Part shown: piece after piece, positions 29,106 to 39,205 of the stretch
Position numbering within the stretch: position 1 is the stretch's first letter
Layout of the letters: each line of letters begins with the position of its first letter
NCBI GenBank assembly: GCA_017456645.1
Contig: JAFTIZ010000016.1
Coordinates: 5,251-69,250 of the forward strand
Source: Oscillospiraceae bacterium
Lineage (GTDB): Bacteria > Bacillota > Clostridia > Oscillospirales > Oscillospiraceae
Direction of reading: 5' to 3'
DNA: 64,000 nucleotides
The notes under the pieces: model-generated
What the model was told of the DNA's origin: nothing
What the model saw: only the letters and a program-made list of their open reading frames with translations
Databases searched by the model: none
Translations under genes and position numbers: made by a program

Positions 29106-31022
29106 ATGACTGAAGAACTTTCCACTGCTCTGTATTACTACCACACCGGCAACAGCACCAAGGCGTATGAACTGCTGGGCTGCCATCCGGAAAACAGGGA
29201 CGGTGTTGACGGCTTCGTATTCCGTGTCTGGGCACCCAATGCCCGTGCGGTCAGTGTTGTGGGCGACTTCAACTACTGGAACGGCGAAGACCTGTACATG
29301 AACAAGATCTCCGACGGCGTTTGGGAGGCATGGAGCCCCAACGCCCGGGAGGGACAGGCTTACAAATACCTGATCCATCACTGGTCCGGCCGCCGTGTCC
29401 ATAAGATGGATCCTGTGGGCTTCCAGTCCTGCAAGGCGCCCGATACTTCCTCTGTCATCTGCCGTCTGGATAAGTACAAGTGGCATGACAGCCTGTGGAT
29501 GGCTCGTCAGGCTCGCCGCGGCCCGCTGGAATCTCCCATCAACATCTATGAGATGCATCTGGGTTCCTGGCGCCGCACCTGGGACGGTAACCGTTACCTG
29601 AGCTACGCCGAGATGGCCGAGCAGCTGCCCAGCTACCTGAAGGATATGGGTTACACCCACGTGGAGATGATGCCTCTGGGCGAGTACCCCTACGATCCCA
29701 GCTGGGGCTATCAGGTTTCCAACTACTATTCTCCCACCAGCCGCTACGGCACCCCTGACGAGCTGAAGCTGCTCATCGATAAGCTGCATCAGGCCGGTAT
29801 CGGTGTTATTCTGGACTGGGTTCCCGCTCACTTCCCCAAGGATGAGTACGGCCTGTACGAGTTCGACGGCGGCTGCACCTATGAGTATCAGGATCCCATG
29901 ATGAACGAGCACGCCGAGTGGACCACCCGTATCTTCGACTGGGGTCGCCCTGAGGTCAAGAGCTTCCTGATCTCCAACGCGGTGTACTGGCTCAACGAGT
30001 TCCACGTGGACGGCATCCGTGTGGACGCGGTCAGCTCCATGCTGTATCTGGACTACGCCCGTCCCAACTTCCGTCCCAACCGCTACGGCGGCCGTGAGAA
30101 TCTGGAGGCCATCGACTTCCTGAAGCAGTTAAACGAGGCCTGCTTCAATGTCCGCAAGGGCATCATCACCTGTGCTGAGGAGTCCACTGCCTTCCCCATG
30201 GTTTCCCGTCCCACCTACGACGGCGGCCTGGGCTTTATGCTGAAGTGGAACATGGGCTGGATGAACGATACTCTGCGCTACATGAAGGAAGACCCCATCT
30301 ACCGCAAGTATAAGCACAATACCCTGACCTTCTCCATGACCTATGCCTTCTCCGAGAACTATATCCTGCCTCTGTCCCACGACGAGGTTGTGCACCTGAA
30401 GGGCAGCCTGCTCAACAAGATGCCCGGTGACTACTTCTGGAAGTTCGCCGGCGCCAGGGTCCTGCGCGGCTACCAGATGGCTCACCCCGGCAAGAAGCTG
30501 TGCTTCATGGGCGCGGAGCTGGGTCAGTTCACCGAGTGGAACTTCAATAAGGATATCGACTGGATCCTGCTGGATCACGAGATGCACCAGAAGATCCACC
30601 TGTTCTATAAGGAACTGAACCACTTCTATAAGGAACACAGCGAGCTGTGGGCCGATGATCTGAGCTGGAACGGCTATCAGTGGATCCAGCCCGATGATGC
30701 CGACAGCAGCATTCTGGCATTTCGCCGTATCGATCCCAAGAAGGGCAAGGAGCTGATCTGCGTTCTGAGCTTCACTCCCGTGTGCCGTGACGATTACCGT
30801 CTGGGTCTGCCCAAGGAGGGCGCCTATGAGCCCGTCTTCTGCTCCGATGATTGGCGCTACGGCGGCACCAACCAGCTGCCTCATGAGGTCAAGTCCGAGG
30901 AGATCGGCTACCGTGAGTATCAGCACTCCGGTCTGTTCCGGATCCCGCCCATGTCCATCACCTTCTACGCCCGCAAGAGCGAGCGCAAGGGCAAGAAGAA
31001 GGCCGAGGAAGCTGTGGAATAA
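29106..31022 (+). CDS. glgB: 1,4-alpha-glucan branching enzyme
   Basis: FRVWAPNA, YEMHLGSW, SWGYQ, DWVPAHF, GIRVDAV, LSHDEVVH. Confidence 0.97.
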   Translation: MTEELSTALYYYHTGNSTKAYELLGCHPENRDGVDGFVFRVWAPNARAVSVVGDFNYWNGEDLYMNKISDGVWEAWSPNAREGQAYKYLIHHWSGRRVHKMDPVGFQSCKAPDTSSVICRLDKYKWHDSLWMARQARRGPLESPINIYEMHLGSWRRTWDGNRYLSYAEMAEQLPSYLKDMGYTHVEMMPLGEYPYDPSWGYQVSNYYSPTSRYGTPDELKLLIDKLHQAGIGVILDWVPAHFPKDEYGLYEFDGGCTYEYQDPMMNEHAEWTTRIFDWGRPEVKSFLISNAVYWLNEFHVDGIRVDAVSSMLYLDYARPNFRPNRYGGRENLEAIDFLKQLNEACFNVRKGIITCAEESTAFPMVSRPTYDGGLGFMLKWNMGWMNDTLRYMKEDPIYRKYKHNTLTFSMTYAFSENYILPLSHDEVVHLKGSLLNKMPGDYFWKFAGARVLRGYQMAHPGKKLCFMGAELGQFTEWNFNKDIDWILLDHEMHQKIHLFYKELNHFYKEHSELWADDLSWNGYQWIQPDDADSSILAFRRIDPKKGKELICVLSFTPVCRDDYRLGLPKEGAYEPVFCSDDWRYGGTNQLPHEVKSEEIGYREYQHSGLFRIPPMSITFYARKSERKGKKKAEEAVE

Positions 31023-31130
31023 GCAACGATACCGTCATTACGAACCGGTCTGCGGACCGGTTCGTAATGATGTGGCAAAATTGACTCTGCAAGCAAATGC
31101 GATCTACACTTAACATAAGGAGTTGTGACC

Positions 31131-32321
31131 ATGTACTTTCAGAAAAAACGCTGCATTGCCATGCTTCTGGCCGGTGGCCAGGGCAGCCGGCTGAAGGTTT
31201 TGACGGAGAAGACCGCCAAACCTGCGGTTCCCTTCGGCGGCAAATACCGCATCATCGATTTTCCTCTTTCCAACTGCGTCAATTCTGGCATTGATACTGT
31301 GGGTATCCTGACCCAGTATCAGCCTCTGGAGCTGAACGAATACATCGGCAACGGCCAGCCCTGGGGTCTGAACAAGACCCACTCCCGGGCGCAGGTGCTG
31401 CCGCCCTACGAGCGCTATGATAAGAAGTCCGGCTGGTACAAGGGCACCGCCAATGCCATCTACCAGAACATCGACTTCATTGACCGCTACAGCCCTGAGT
31501 ATGTGGTGATCCTCTCCGGTGACCATATCTACAAGATGGACTATGCCGCCATGGTGGCATACCACGAGAAAAACGAGGCCTCCTGCACCATCGCGGTGCG
31601 CAATGTTCCGCTCAGCGAGGCCAGCCGGTTCGGTATTCTCAATACCAATCCCGATGGCTCCATCTATGAATTTGAGGAGAAGCCCAAGCAGCCCAAGTCC
31701 ACCAATGCCTCCATGGGCATTTACGTGTTCAACTGGAAGGTGCTGCGGGAGGCTCTGATCGCCGACGAGGAGGACGAAACCTCCTCCAACGACTTCGGCA
31801 AGAATATCATCCCTAAGCTGCTGAATGCCGGCCACAAGATGATGGCCTACACCTTCGACGGCTACTGGAAAGACGTTGGCACCATCGATTCTCTGTGGGA
31901 AGCCAACATGGAGCTGCTGGGCAAGGAGCCGGAGTTCAACATCCGCGGCGACGAGCGCACCAGAATCTACGCCCGCAATTCCGCTTTGCCTTCCTCCTTC
32001 ATCGATGAGGATGCCAAGATATACAATTCCTTCGTGGCCGAGGGCAGCGAGGTCTACGGCACCGTCCGTCACAGCGTCATTTCCGTGGGCTGCACCATCG
32101 GCGAAGGCGCCCTCATCGAGGACAGCGTGGTGATGCCCGGTGTGGTTATCGAGTCCGGTGCCATCGTCCGTCATGCCATTCTGGGTGAGAACAGTAAGGT
32201 CTGCCGCAACGCCGTCGTCGGCGGCGCTTACGGCCCCAAGGATAAAAAGAAGATCAGCGTCACCTCCAAGGGTGCCGTTGTGGAAGAAAACACCGTGCTT
32301 GCGCCCGGTGACATGATCTGA
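31131..32321 (+). CDS. glgC: Glucose-1-phosphate adenylyltransferase
   Basis: [45 protein letters not shown]. Confidence 0.97.
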   Translation: MYFQKKRCIAMLLAGGQGSRLKVLTEKTAKPAVPFGGKYRIIDFPLSNCVNSGIDTVGILTQYQPLELNEYIGNGQPWGLNKTHSRAQVLPPYERYDKKSGWYKGTANAIYQNIDFIDRYSPEYVVILSGDHIYKMDYAAMVAYHEKNEASCTIAVRNVPLSEASRFGILNTNPDGSIYEFEEKPKQPKSTNASMGIYVFNWKVLREALIADEEDETSSNDFGKNIIPKLLNAGHKMMAYTFDGYWKDVGTIDSLWEANMELLGKEPEFNIRGDERTRIYARNSALPSSFIDEDAKIYNSFVAEGSEVYGTVRHSVISVGCTIGEGALIEDSVVMPGVVIESGAIVRHAILGENSKVCRNAVVGGAYGPKDKKKISVTSKGAVVEENTVLAPGDMI

Positions 32322-32335
32322 AGGAGGGAAGCGCA

Positions 32336-33454
32336 ATGCATGTAATGGGCATTATTTTCGCCAATGACGCCACCATGGGTGACCTTACCGGCAAGCGTAC
32401 CATGGCCAGCCTTCCCTTTGGCGGCCGCTATCGCCAGATCGATTTCCATCTTAGCAATATGGCCTGCGCCGGTATCCGCAATATCGGCATCATCTCCCGG
32501 CACAACTACCAGTCCCTGATGAACCACGTGGGCGACGCGGAGGAATGGGGTCTGGAGCTGGGCGAGGGCGGTCTGGAATTTTTGACTCCCTACGCCATGT
32601 CTACCTCCGACCGTTACCGCGGCAAGCTGGAGAATCTGTTCAACGCCATGGACTTTTTGGAGTACGGTGTGGACGATGAGGATGATTATGTGGTCATGGC
32701 GGACTCTGCCATCCTGAGCAATATGGATATGAACAAGGTTATCGAAGCCCATATCGCCAGCGGTAAGGATATCACCGTAGTCACCAAGGCAGGCATTGCC
32801 AACGGCGAAAAGCAGCTGGATCTGGCGCTGAAGCTGGATGCTAAGGGTGAGATCGTAGACGTCGCTGTGGACTATGTGGCACCTGCGGATTATCTGGCTT
32901 CCATGGACACATTTGTGCTGTCAAAGAAGTACCTGAAGCATCAGATCAAGGAACTGGTGGCGCGCAATAAGTACCACATGGACAGAGATCTGGTCATGGG
33001 TCTGTATCAGAAGGGCTTTGCCACTATCAATGTCTATCAGTTTGAGGGCGTGGCGCTGTTTAACGAGTCCATTGAGGAGTATTTCCGCAATTCTCTGCGT
33101 TTGCTGGATAAGGATGTGCGCCATGACCTGTTCGGCGGCAACCATCCCGTGTTCACTAAGGTTCGTGACCGTGTGCCCAGCTACTATGGCGACAGCTGTG
33201 AGATCGAGAACTGTCTGGTGGCCGACGGCTGCTTCCTGGAGGGTGAGGCGGAGGACAGCATTCTGTTCCGTCAGGTCACCATCTGCGAAGGAGCAGAGGT
33301 TGAAAACTGTGTGATTATGAACGATGCGGTCATTGGCGAGGGTGCGGAGCTGGAGTACGTCATTCTGGATAAGAATGTCACCGTCCGTCCCGGTGCACGG
33401 CTCATCGGCACCGAGAAGAATCCCATCATCATCAAGCGAGGAGAAACTGTATGA
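32336..33454 (+). CDS. glgD: Glucose-1-phosphate adenylyltransferase subunit GlgD
   Basis: ASLPFGGRYRQIDF.LSN, VFTKVRD; follows glgC. Confidence 0.95.
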   Translation: MHVMGIIFANDATMGDLTGKRTMASLPFGGRYRQIDFHLSNMACAGIRNIGIISRHNYQSLMNHVGDAEEWGLELGEGGLEFLTPYAMSTSDRYRGKLENLFNAMDFLEYGVDDEDDYVVMADSAILSNMDMNKVIEAHIASGKDITVVTKAGIANGEKQLDLALKLDAKGEIVDVAVDYVAPADYLASMDTFVLSKKYLKHQIKELVARNKYHMDRDLVMGLYQKGFATINVYQFEGVALFNESIEEYFRNSLRLLDKDVRHDLFGGNHPVFTKVRDRVPSYYGDSCEIENCLVADGCFLEGEAEDSILFRQVTICEGAEVENCVIMNDAVIGEGAELEYVILDKNVTVRPGARLIGTEKNPIIIKRGETV

Positions 33455-34896
33455 GAATTGCCATTCTTGCCTCCGAAGGCGCGCCCTATGTGAAATCCGG
33501 CGGCCTGGGCGACGTGATGGAGGCGCTGCCCTCTGCGCTGGCTCGTATCGAGGGCAACGAGGTGATCCTCATTTTGCCCTACTATCATAAGATCAAGTAC
33601 AATCCCAAGTGGAATGTGGAGTTTGTAGGCGATTTCAAGGTGACTTTGGGCTGGCGGCAGCAGCATGCCGGCGTCATGAAGCTCCACGGCCGCACTGATG
33701 GCGTGCAGGTCTACTTCATCGACAGCGAGTATTACTTCGGCGGTCGTGACGCGGCCATCTACGGCCACGGCGACGACAGCGAGCGTTTCGCCTTCTTCTC
33801 CCGTGCCTGTCTGGATGCCATGGCCATGCTGAACTGGATTCCCGATGTGGTGCAGTGCAACGATTGGCAGACGGCGCTGGTGCCCACCTACATGAAGTCG
33901 CTGTACAGCCATCTGTACTACCGCACCCGCTGCATGTATACCATCCACAATATCGAGTATCAGGGCTGGGCAAGCGGTTCGTTCTTTGATGATACGCTGG
34001 GTCTTCCTTGGGATTGGCGCGGCTGTCTGGATATGAACGGCGCGGTGAACATGATGAAGGCTGCCATCGAATGCTCCGATCTGGTCACCACCGTGTCCGA
34101 GACCTACGCACGGGAGCTGATGTATCCGTACTACGCCCACGGGCTGGACGGCATTATTTCCAATGTGTCTTGGAAGCTCACCGGCATCACCAACGGCATC
34201 GATGTGGGTACATTCAATCCCGAAACTGATCCGGCTCTGCCTGCTTACTATCATTCCGAAAACTTCGAGGTGGGCAAAGCCAAGTGCAAAGCTGAGCTGC
34301 AGAGGGAAGTCGGCCTGCCCGTCAAGCCCGATGTGCCGCTGTGCGTTATGGTCACGCGCCTTGCGGGTCATAAGGGTCTGGATCTGCTGTGCTACATCGC
34401 CCGCAGACTTTTGTGGGAGGAGGATGTGCAGCTGCTGATCCTCGGCACCGGTGAGCCTCATTTTGAGGCCTTCTTCCGGGAACTGGCTGCGGAATTCCCC
34501 GACAAGGTGGCGGCGAAGATCACCTTCAATCTGGGTCTGGCGGCGCGGATCTATGCCGGTGGCGACATCTATCTGATGCCGTCTAAGTCCGAGCCCTGCG
34601 GCCTGAGCCAAATGAACGCCATGCGTTACGGCACCGTGCCCGTGGTTCATGCCACCGGCGGCCTGCGCGATACTGTTCCCCCTGCCGATGAAAACGGCGG
34701 TGGTGGTCTGGGCTTTACCTTCCAAAGCTACAACGGCGATGATTTCTATGCGGCGCTGCGCCGCGCGCTAAACCTGTACAACCACAACCGCGAGGGCTTT
34801 AAGGCTCTGCAAAAGCGGGATATGGAGCAGGATTTCAGCTGGAACAAGCCTGCTCAGCGGTATATGTCGCTGTTCCGTCAGATGCTGACATGGTAA
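33451..34896 (+). CDS. glgA: Glycogen synthase
   Basis: KSGGLGDV, NDWQT, TIHNIEYQG, EPCGLSQ, TGGLRDTV. Confidence 0.97.
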   Translation: MRIAILASEGAPYVKSGGLGDVMEALPSALARIEGNEVILILPYYHKIKYNPKWNVEFVGDFKVTLGWRQQHAGVMKLHGRTDGVQVYFIDSEYYFGGRDAAIYGHGDDSERFAFFSRACLDAMAMLNWIPDVVQCNDWQTALVPTYMKSLYSHLYYRTRCMYTIHNIEYQGWASGSFFDDTLGLPWDWRGCLDMNGAVNMMKAAIECSDLVTTVSETYARELMYPYYAHGLDGIISNVSWKLTGITNGIDVGTFNPETDPALPAYYHSENFEVGKAKCKAELQREVGLPVKPDVPLCVMVTRLAGHKGLDLLCYIARRLLWEEDVQLLILGTGEPHFEAFFRELAAEFPDKVAAKITFNLGLAARIYAGGDIYLMPSKSEPCGLSQMNAMRYGTVPVVHATGGLRDTVPPADENGGGGLGFTFQSYNGDDFYAALRRALNLYNHNREGFKALQKRDMEQDFSWNKPAQRYMSLFRQMLTW

Positions 34897-34945
34897 ATGA
34901 AACCCCCGGCGTAGTGTGAACTGCACCGGGGGTTGATGTCTTAAA

Positions 34946-35764
34946 TTAGCGGGGGCTTTTACCTTCCTTTGCCCGCAGCTTGCAGGCATAGAAATAGGCA
35001 TTCTTGTAGTCCTCCATCTCCCGGTAGGACTGCTCCAGCATGGCGGTGCATTCGTCGGGATGATCTTCTTCGGCGTTCTTAAGATGGCTCACAGCCTCGG
35101 AGAACCGCTCCTGCGCCACAAGCGCCTTGCCTCGCAGGAAGTTCCATTTGGAAGAACTCTTGTCCTCGGCGGCATCCAGATACTGCAGTGCCCGATCAAA
35201 GTTGCCCTCGCTGATGGAAACGGATGCCCGAACCAGCAGCGCCTCGTCATCCGGAGGCAGCGAAACGGTATCGTTGGACACATTGCAAAGCAGCAGCAGC
35301 CGCTGACGGCGGGTGGCTTCGTTGTAATAGGGGGTTTTTTCACCGGCACGGGCTGCCCGCTCCAGCAGTTGGGCGGCATGAGCCGAGTGGTTCTTCTGGA
35401 TGGCGATGGCTGCCAGCTCGATGCAGCTCTGGGCCTCCAGCAAATAGTATTCCCAATCGAACACCGGATCGTCGGGGACATACTGGGTCAGCAGGGAAAG
35501 GGTCTGGCCGTAATTCTCTGCGGAAAAAGCGGCGCGCGCCTGCTCCATCAGCTCCTGATTGGGAGAGGGGGGCTGATCGTCCAGAAAGAAGCTGACGGGC
35601 TTGCCCAGCTTCCGAGCAAGATAGGTCAGGGTCTCCATAGAGGGCTGGGCGGTGCCGTTTTCAATTTGAGAGAGCATATTTCGGGTGATCTGCTCACCGC
35701 AGAGCTCCCGCTGAGAAAGGCCGGCGTCCAACCGTGCCTGACGCAAACGCTGTCCTAATTCCAT
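34946..35764 (-). CDS. XRE-HTH plus TPR transcriptional regulator (RRNPP-like architecture)
   Basis: LGQRLRQAR..LSQRELC..ITRNMLSQIENG..PS HTH followed by TPR-like helices. Confidence 0.85.
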   Translation of the reverse strand: MELGQRLRQARLDAGLSQRELCGEQITRNMLSQIENGTAQPSMETLTYLARKLGKPVSFFLDDQPPSPNQELMEQARAAFSAENYGQTLSLLTQYVPDDPVFDWEYYLLEAQSCIELAAIAIQKNHSAHAAQLLERAARAGEKTPYYNEATRRQRLLLLCNVSNDTVSLPPDDEALLVRASVSISEGNFDRALQYLDAAEDKSSSKWNFLRGKALVAQERFSEAVSHLKNAEEDHPDECTAMLEQSYREMEDYKNAYFYACKLRAKEGKSPR

Positions 35765-36198
35765 AGTATCCCTCCCGGGTAATTCTAATTTACCCTATCA
35801 TAGCACAGCCGCGAAAAAAAATCTACAATTTTTTTGTAAAACTGATATTTGGTGCATAATGCGTGTCTGGGAGGGCATACTGACCTTGGACAGAAAACGG
35901 ACAGCAAAGCAGGATGGGCTGTGACGACATCTCGCCGTGCAGTTGTACATTTTTTGTCAAGTGTGTCGCCGGGAGCGCAACGGTGTGACGCGAAAAAGGC
36001 GGATGTGATATCCATCCGCCGGTACTTAATTGGAAACGTGGTTTATTTGTATCTCATATTACCGGCACACCACAGTATGTTGTGGTGTGCCAAAAAAATG
36101 CCGTTTTTTTCTGCGAAAAACAGCTGGCTACAGCCGTTGTATCCCGGCGGAAACTGTGGTATAATGTCTATAACTATCGGATACGCGAGGATCAGGAA

Positions 36199-37077
36199 AT
36201 GAACATACAGAACATCAGCATCGACAGCAGCGAGCTGCGCCGGCTTCTCGGAGCCGCCAGCGGCGATGCGGCGCTGCTCTACTTATATATCCGCGGCGGC
36301 AATGACCCTGCCTCTGCGGAAGCGGCACTACATATGGGCGAGGGACGTCTGGCCTGCTCCATGGCGACTCTGCGTCAGCTGGGGCTGTGGCAGGAGGAAA
36401 AGCGGACGGTCATCGCTTCCGGCGAGCGCCCCAATTATTCCGAGCGGGATGTGCTGCAGACCATGGACACGGATCCGTCCTTCCGCAGCCTTTACGGCGA
36501 AGTCCAGCGCAGACTGGGTCGCCAGCTGAACACGGAGGAATTGAAGGTTCTGCTGTCGCTGGTGCGCTACCTCGGCCTGCCGGTGGATGTGATCTGCGTG
36601 CTGGTTACTTATTGTCAGGAGCGCGCCCGCAGGAAGGGCAGCATCCGCAATCCCAGCCTGCGCACCATCGAAAAGGAGGCCTATGCCTGGGCGGAGCGGG
36701 GCATCGATACCATGGAGGAGGCCGCAGCCTTCATTCAGGCGCAAAATGTGTATCACAGCCGCCTTTCCGGCCTTTGCCGGCTGCTGCAGATTCGGGGCAG
36801 AGCCCTGACGGCGGCGGAGGAAAAGTATGCCGCGTCATGGCTTGATATGGGCTTTGACGATGAGGCCATCACCATGGCTTATGAGCGCACCTGCCTGAAT
36901 ACCGGCGGCTTGAGCTGGGCGTACATGAACAAGATTTTGACCCGCTGGCATGAGGCGGGGCTGCATACGTCGGCGCAGGTGCGTGCCGGAGACCGCAAGG
37001 GCGGCAGCAATGCCGGTCAGCGGCAGTTTGATGCCGACGAGCAGGCGGCGATCAGAAGAATGCTTGAGGAGGGCTGA
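36199..37077 (+). CDS. DnaD/DnaB-domain primosomal protein
   Basis: Two DnaD-like motifs (TIEKEAYAWAERGI, YMNKILTRWHEAGL); upstream of helicase loader. Confidence 0.85.
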   Translation: MNIQNISIDSSELRRLLGAASGDAALLYLYIRGGNDPASAEAALHMGEGRLACSMATLRQLGLWQEEKRTVIASGERPNYSERDVLQTMDTDPSFRSLYGEVQRRLGRQLNTEELKVLLSLVRYLGLPVDVICVLVTYCQERARRKGSIRNPSLRTIEKEAYAWAERGIDTMEEAAAFIQAQNVYHSRLSGLCRLLQIRGRALTAAEEKYAASWLDMGFDDEAITMAYERTCLNTGGLSWAYMNKILTRWHEAGLHTSAQVRAGDRKGGSNAGQRQFDADEQAAIRRMLEEG

Positions 37078-37080
37078 GAT

Positions 37081-38064
37081 ATGGCGTATAGCGCGGAAGT
37101 GGTACAAAGAGCCCGGGATCGGCTGGCGCAGGCCAAGGCCGATCGGGAATCGGAAAACTTACGTCATTTGACCGAGGCGTACAGACGTGTGCCCCGGCTG
37201 AAGGAGATCGATCTGCAGCTGCGGCGCACTATGGCCAAGGCTGTACAGGCGGTGTTTGCTCAGGGCGACGATGTGCAGAAGGCTATGGAGCAGGTAAAAA
37301 ATGAGAACCTGTCGCTGCAGCTGGAGCGGCAGGAGCTGATTGCTGCCAATTTCGAGCCTGGTTATCTGGATGACAGCCCTGTGTGCGAGCAATGCGGCGG
37401 TACTGGCTATGTGGGCTCGACCATGTGCGAATGCCTGACGGAGCTGTGCCGGCAGGAGCAGAAGCGGGAGCTGACCGTGCTGAATGTTGGCAAGGAGAGT
37501 TTCGAACAGTTCCGGCTGGACTATTATCCCGATCGGGTGGATCCCGGTCAGGGCGTGAATATCCGCATGGTCATGGAAAAGACTTTCAAGATCTGCCGCC
37601 GCTACGCCATGGAGTTTACGGAGCGGTCGGAGAACCTGCTGTTCTCCGGCGGTACGGGTCTGGGTAAGACCTTCCTGTCCGCCTGCATCGCCAGAACCGT
37701 AGCCGATCGGGGCTATTCCGTCTGCTATGAGACCTCCAGCCGGCTGTTTGCCAAGCTGGAGCGGGCGAAATTCAACGGAGACGAGGATGCCCGTAAGGAA
37801 GCTGAAAAATACACCGCATGCGATCTGCTGATTGTGGACGATCTGGGCACGGAGATGGGCGGTCAGTTCACCACTTCGGCGCTGTACAGCCTGATCAATG
37901 ACCGTCTGCTGGCCGGCAAAGCCACCATTATTTCCACCAATCTCAACAGTGACGATCTGGAGAAACGGTATTCCGCAGCGATTGCCTCCCGCCTGCGGGG
38001 CAATTACAGACGCATTGCCTTCATGGGCGAGGATATCCGCCTGAAAAAGACCGGAGGATTTTGA
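37081..38064 (+). CDS. DnaC/DnaI-like helicase loader ATPase
   Basis: CEQCGGTG..CEC Zn finger, GGTGLGKT, LIVDDLG, ISTNL, IASRL. Confidence 0.9.
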   Translation: MAYSAEVVQRARDRLAQAKADRESENLRHLTEAYRRVPRLKEIDLQLRRTMAKAVQAVFAQGDDVQKAMEQVKNENLSLQLERQELIAANFEPGYLDDSPVCEQCGGTGYVGSTMCECLTELCRQEQKRELTVLNVGKESFEQFRLDYYPDRVDPGQGVNIRMVMEKTFKICRRYAMEFTERSENLLFSGGTGLGKTFLSACIARTVADRGYSVCYETSSRLFAKLERAKFNGDEDARKEAEKYTACDLLIVDDLGTEMGGQFTTSALYSLINDRLLAGKATIISTNLNSDDLEKRYSAAIASRLRGNYRRIAFMGEDIRLKKTGGF

Positions 38065-38693
38065 CCGTGACCGGTGTGATCTTTGATCTGGACGGCACAC
38101 TGCTGGATACACTGGAGGATTTGGCGGATGCTGTGAATGTGGCGCTGGGGCAGTTTGGCTATCCCGAACGCAGCCTTGAGGAAGTGCGCTGCTTCGTAGG
38201 AAACGGCGCTGCCCGACTCATTCGGGAGGCGGTGCCTGCGCTTGCGAATCCGGAGCCGGTCTACAAGGCGTTCCGGCAGTACTATGATAGCCATTGCCAG
38301 GTGAAAACCGGCCCCTATGAGGGCGTTTTGGAGGCGCTGAGCCAGATTCGGCAGGTGTATCCCGTGGCCATTGTGTCCAATAAGCCGGATCCGGCGGTGA
38401 AGGCTCTGTGCGCGGATTATTTTCCGGGGGTCTATGCCCTGGGTGAGCGCGAGGGCTGCCCACGAAAGCCGGCACCGGATATGGTGCGAAAGGCCATGGA
38501 GGCCATCGGTGTGGAGCGCTGCGTCTATGTAGGCGACAGCGAGGTGGATGTGGCTACGGCGAACAATGCCGGCGTGCCGTGCCTGAGCGTCCTGTGGGGT
38601 TTTCGTGACCGGCAGGAACTGGAGCGGGCCGGTGGGTCGCATTTCTGCCAAAGCCCGGAGGAATTGTTTGCGGGACTGAATACCCTGCTTTGA
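38061..38693 (+). CDS. HAD family hydrolase (phosphoglycolate phosphatase-like)
   Basis: FDLDGTLLDT, SNK, RKPAP, VGDSEVD, WGFR. Confidence 0.92.
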   Translation: MTVTGVIFDLDGTLLDTLEDLADAVNVALGQFGYPERSLEEVRCFVGNGAARLIREAVPALANPEPVYKAFRQYYDSHCQVKTGPYEGVLEALSQIRQVYPVAIVSNKPDPAVKALCADYFPGVYALGEREGCPRKPAPDMVRKAMEAIGVERCVYVGDSEVDVATANNAGVPCLSVLWGFRDRQELERAGGSHFCQSPEELFAGLNTLL

Positions 38694-38694
38694 C

Positions 38695-38723
38695 TTGACG
38701 ATGCATAAAAAATGTGTTATGAT
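38695..38723 (+). promoter_or_regulatory. sigmaA promoter of tRNA-Leu
   Basis: TTGACG-17 nt-TATGAT with TGn extension. Confidence 0.75.
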
Positions 38724-38734
38724 ACCGCTTAGCC

Positions 38735-38821
38735 GCCGTTGTGGTGGAATCGGTAGACACAGGGGACTTAAAATCCCCCGGTAGCGATACTGTACGGGTT
38801 CGAGTCCCGTCAACGGCACCA
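38735..38821 (+). tRNA. tRNA-Leu(TAA)
   Basis: Acceptor GCCGTTG/CAACGGC, D-loop GGAATCGGTAGAC, anticodon arm GGGGA-CTTAAAA-TCCCC, long variable arm, GGTTCGAGT, encoded CCA. Confidence 0.97.
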
Positions 38822-38991
38822 AAAAAAACGGATACCCCGTGGGGTATCCGTTTTTTTGCGCCGGACGGGACTCGAATAATCAAATTCAACAGTCCGGTGG
38901 ACTGTTGATCGCTCCCGGCTGGACGGGAGCGACACCATACTTTTCGCCTTTGGCGAAAATGCAAACGAGTCCCGTCAACGGCACCAAAAAA
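38801..38991 (+). repeat. Direct repeat of tRNA-Leu 3' end enclosing a structured element
   Basis: CGAGTCCCGTCAACGGCACCAAAAAA at 38801-38826 and 38966-38991. Confidence 0.9.
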
Positions 38992-39018
38992 GCCAGCCCT
39001 GTCGGGGCTGGCTTTTTT
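38986..39018 (+). terminator. Terminator hairpin, left copy of repeat flanking the 39.2-45.3 kb cassette
   Basis: AAAAAAGCCAGCCC-tgtcg-GGGCTGGCTTTTTT; near-identical copy at 45308-45339. Confidence 0.85.
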
Positions 39019-39092
39019 GGTACTCGTTGCGAGACTCGAAAAGATAGTCGCAGATGAGGGGGAGGGGACGCAGGCTACGGCGGTAATTTGGC

Positions 39093-39122
39093 TTGACAAA
39101 GTATGTCATATCATGGTAAAAT
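39093..39122 (+). promoter_or_regulatory. sigmaA-like promoter of the prenyl/rSAM operon
   Basis: TTGACA-18 nt-TAAAAT with TGn extension. Confidence 0.6.
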
Positions 39123-39205
39123 TACTCAGTAAATGGGGTTTTATGCGGTTTGGGCAATTTTCGTCCGCAAGCCCCTTTGAAATGTTGATTTTGAAAGGCT
39201 TTTTT

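Noticed and set aside
36199-38064. DnaD/DnaC pair as a phage replication module for the capsid cluster
   Set aside because: 26 kb away in housekeeping context and matches the usual clostridial chromosomal primosome pair
38004-39099. Minus-strand ORFs 38004..38822 and 38554..39099
   Set aside because: Antisense to the HAD gene, tRNA and repeats; spurious
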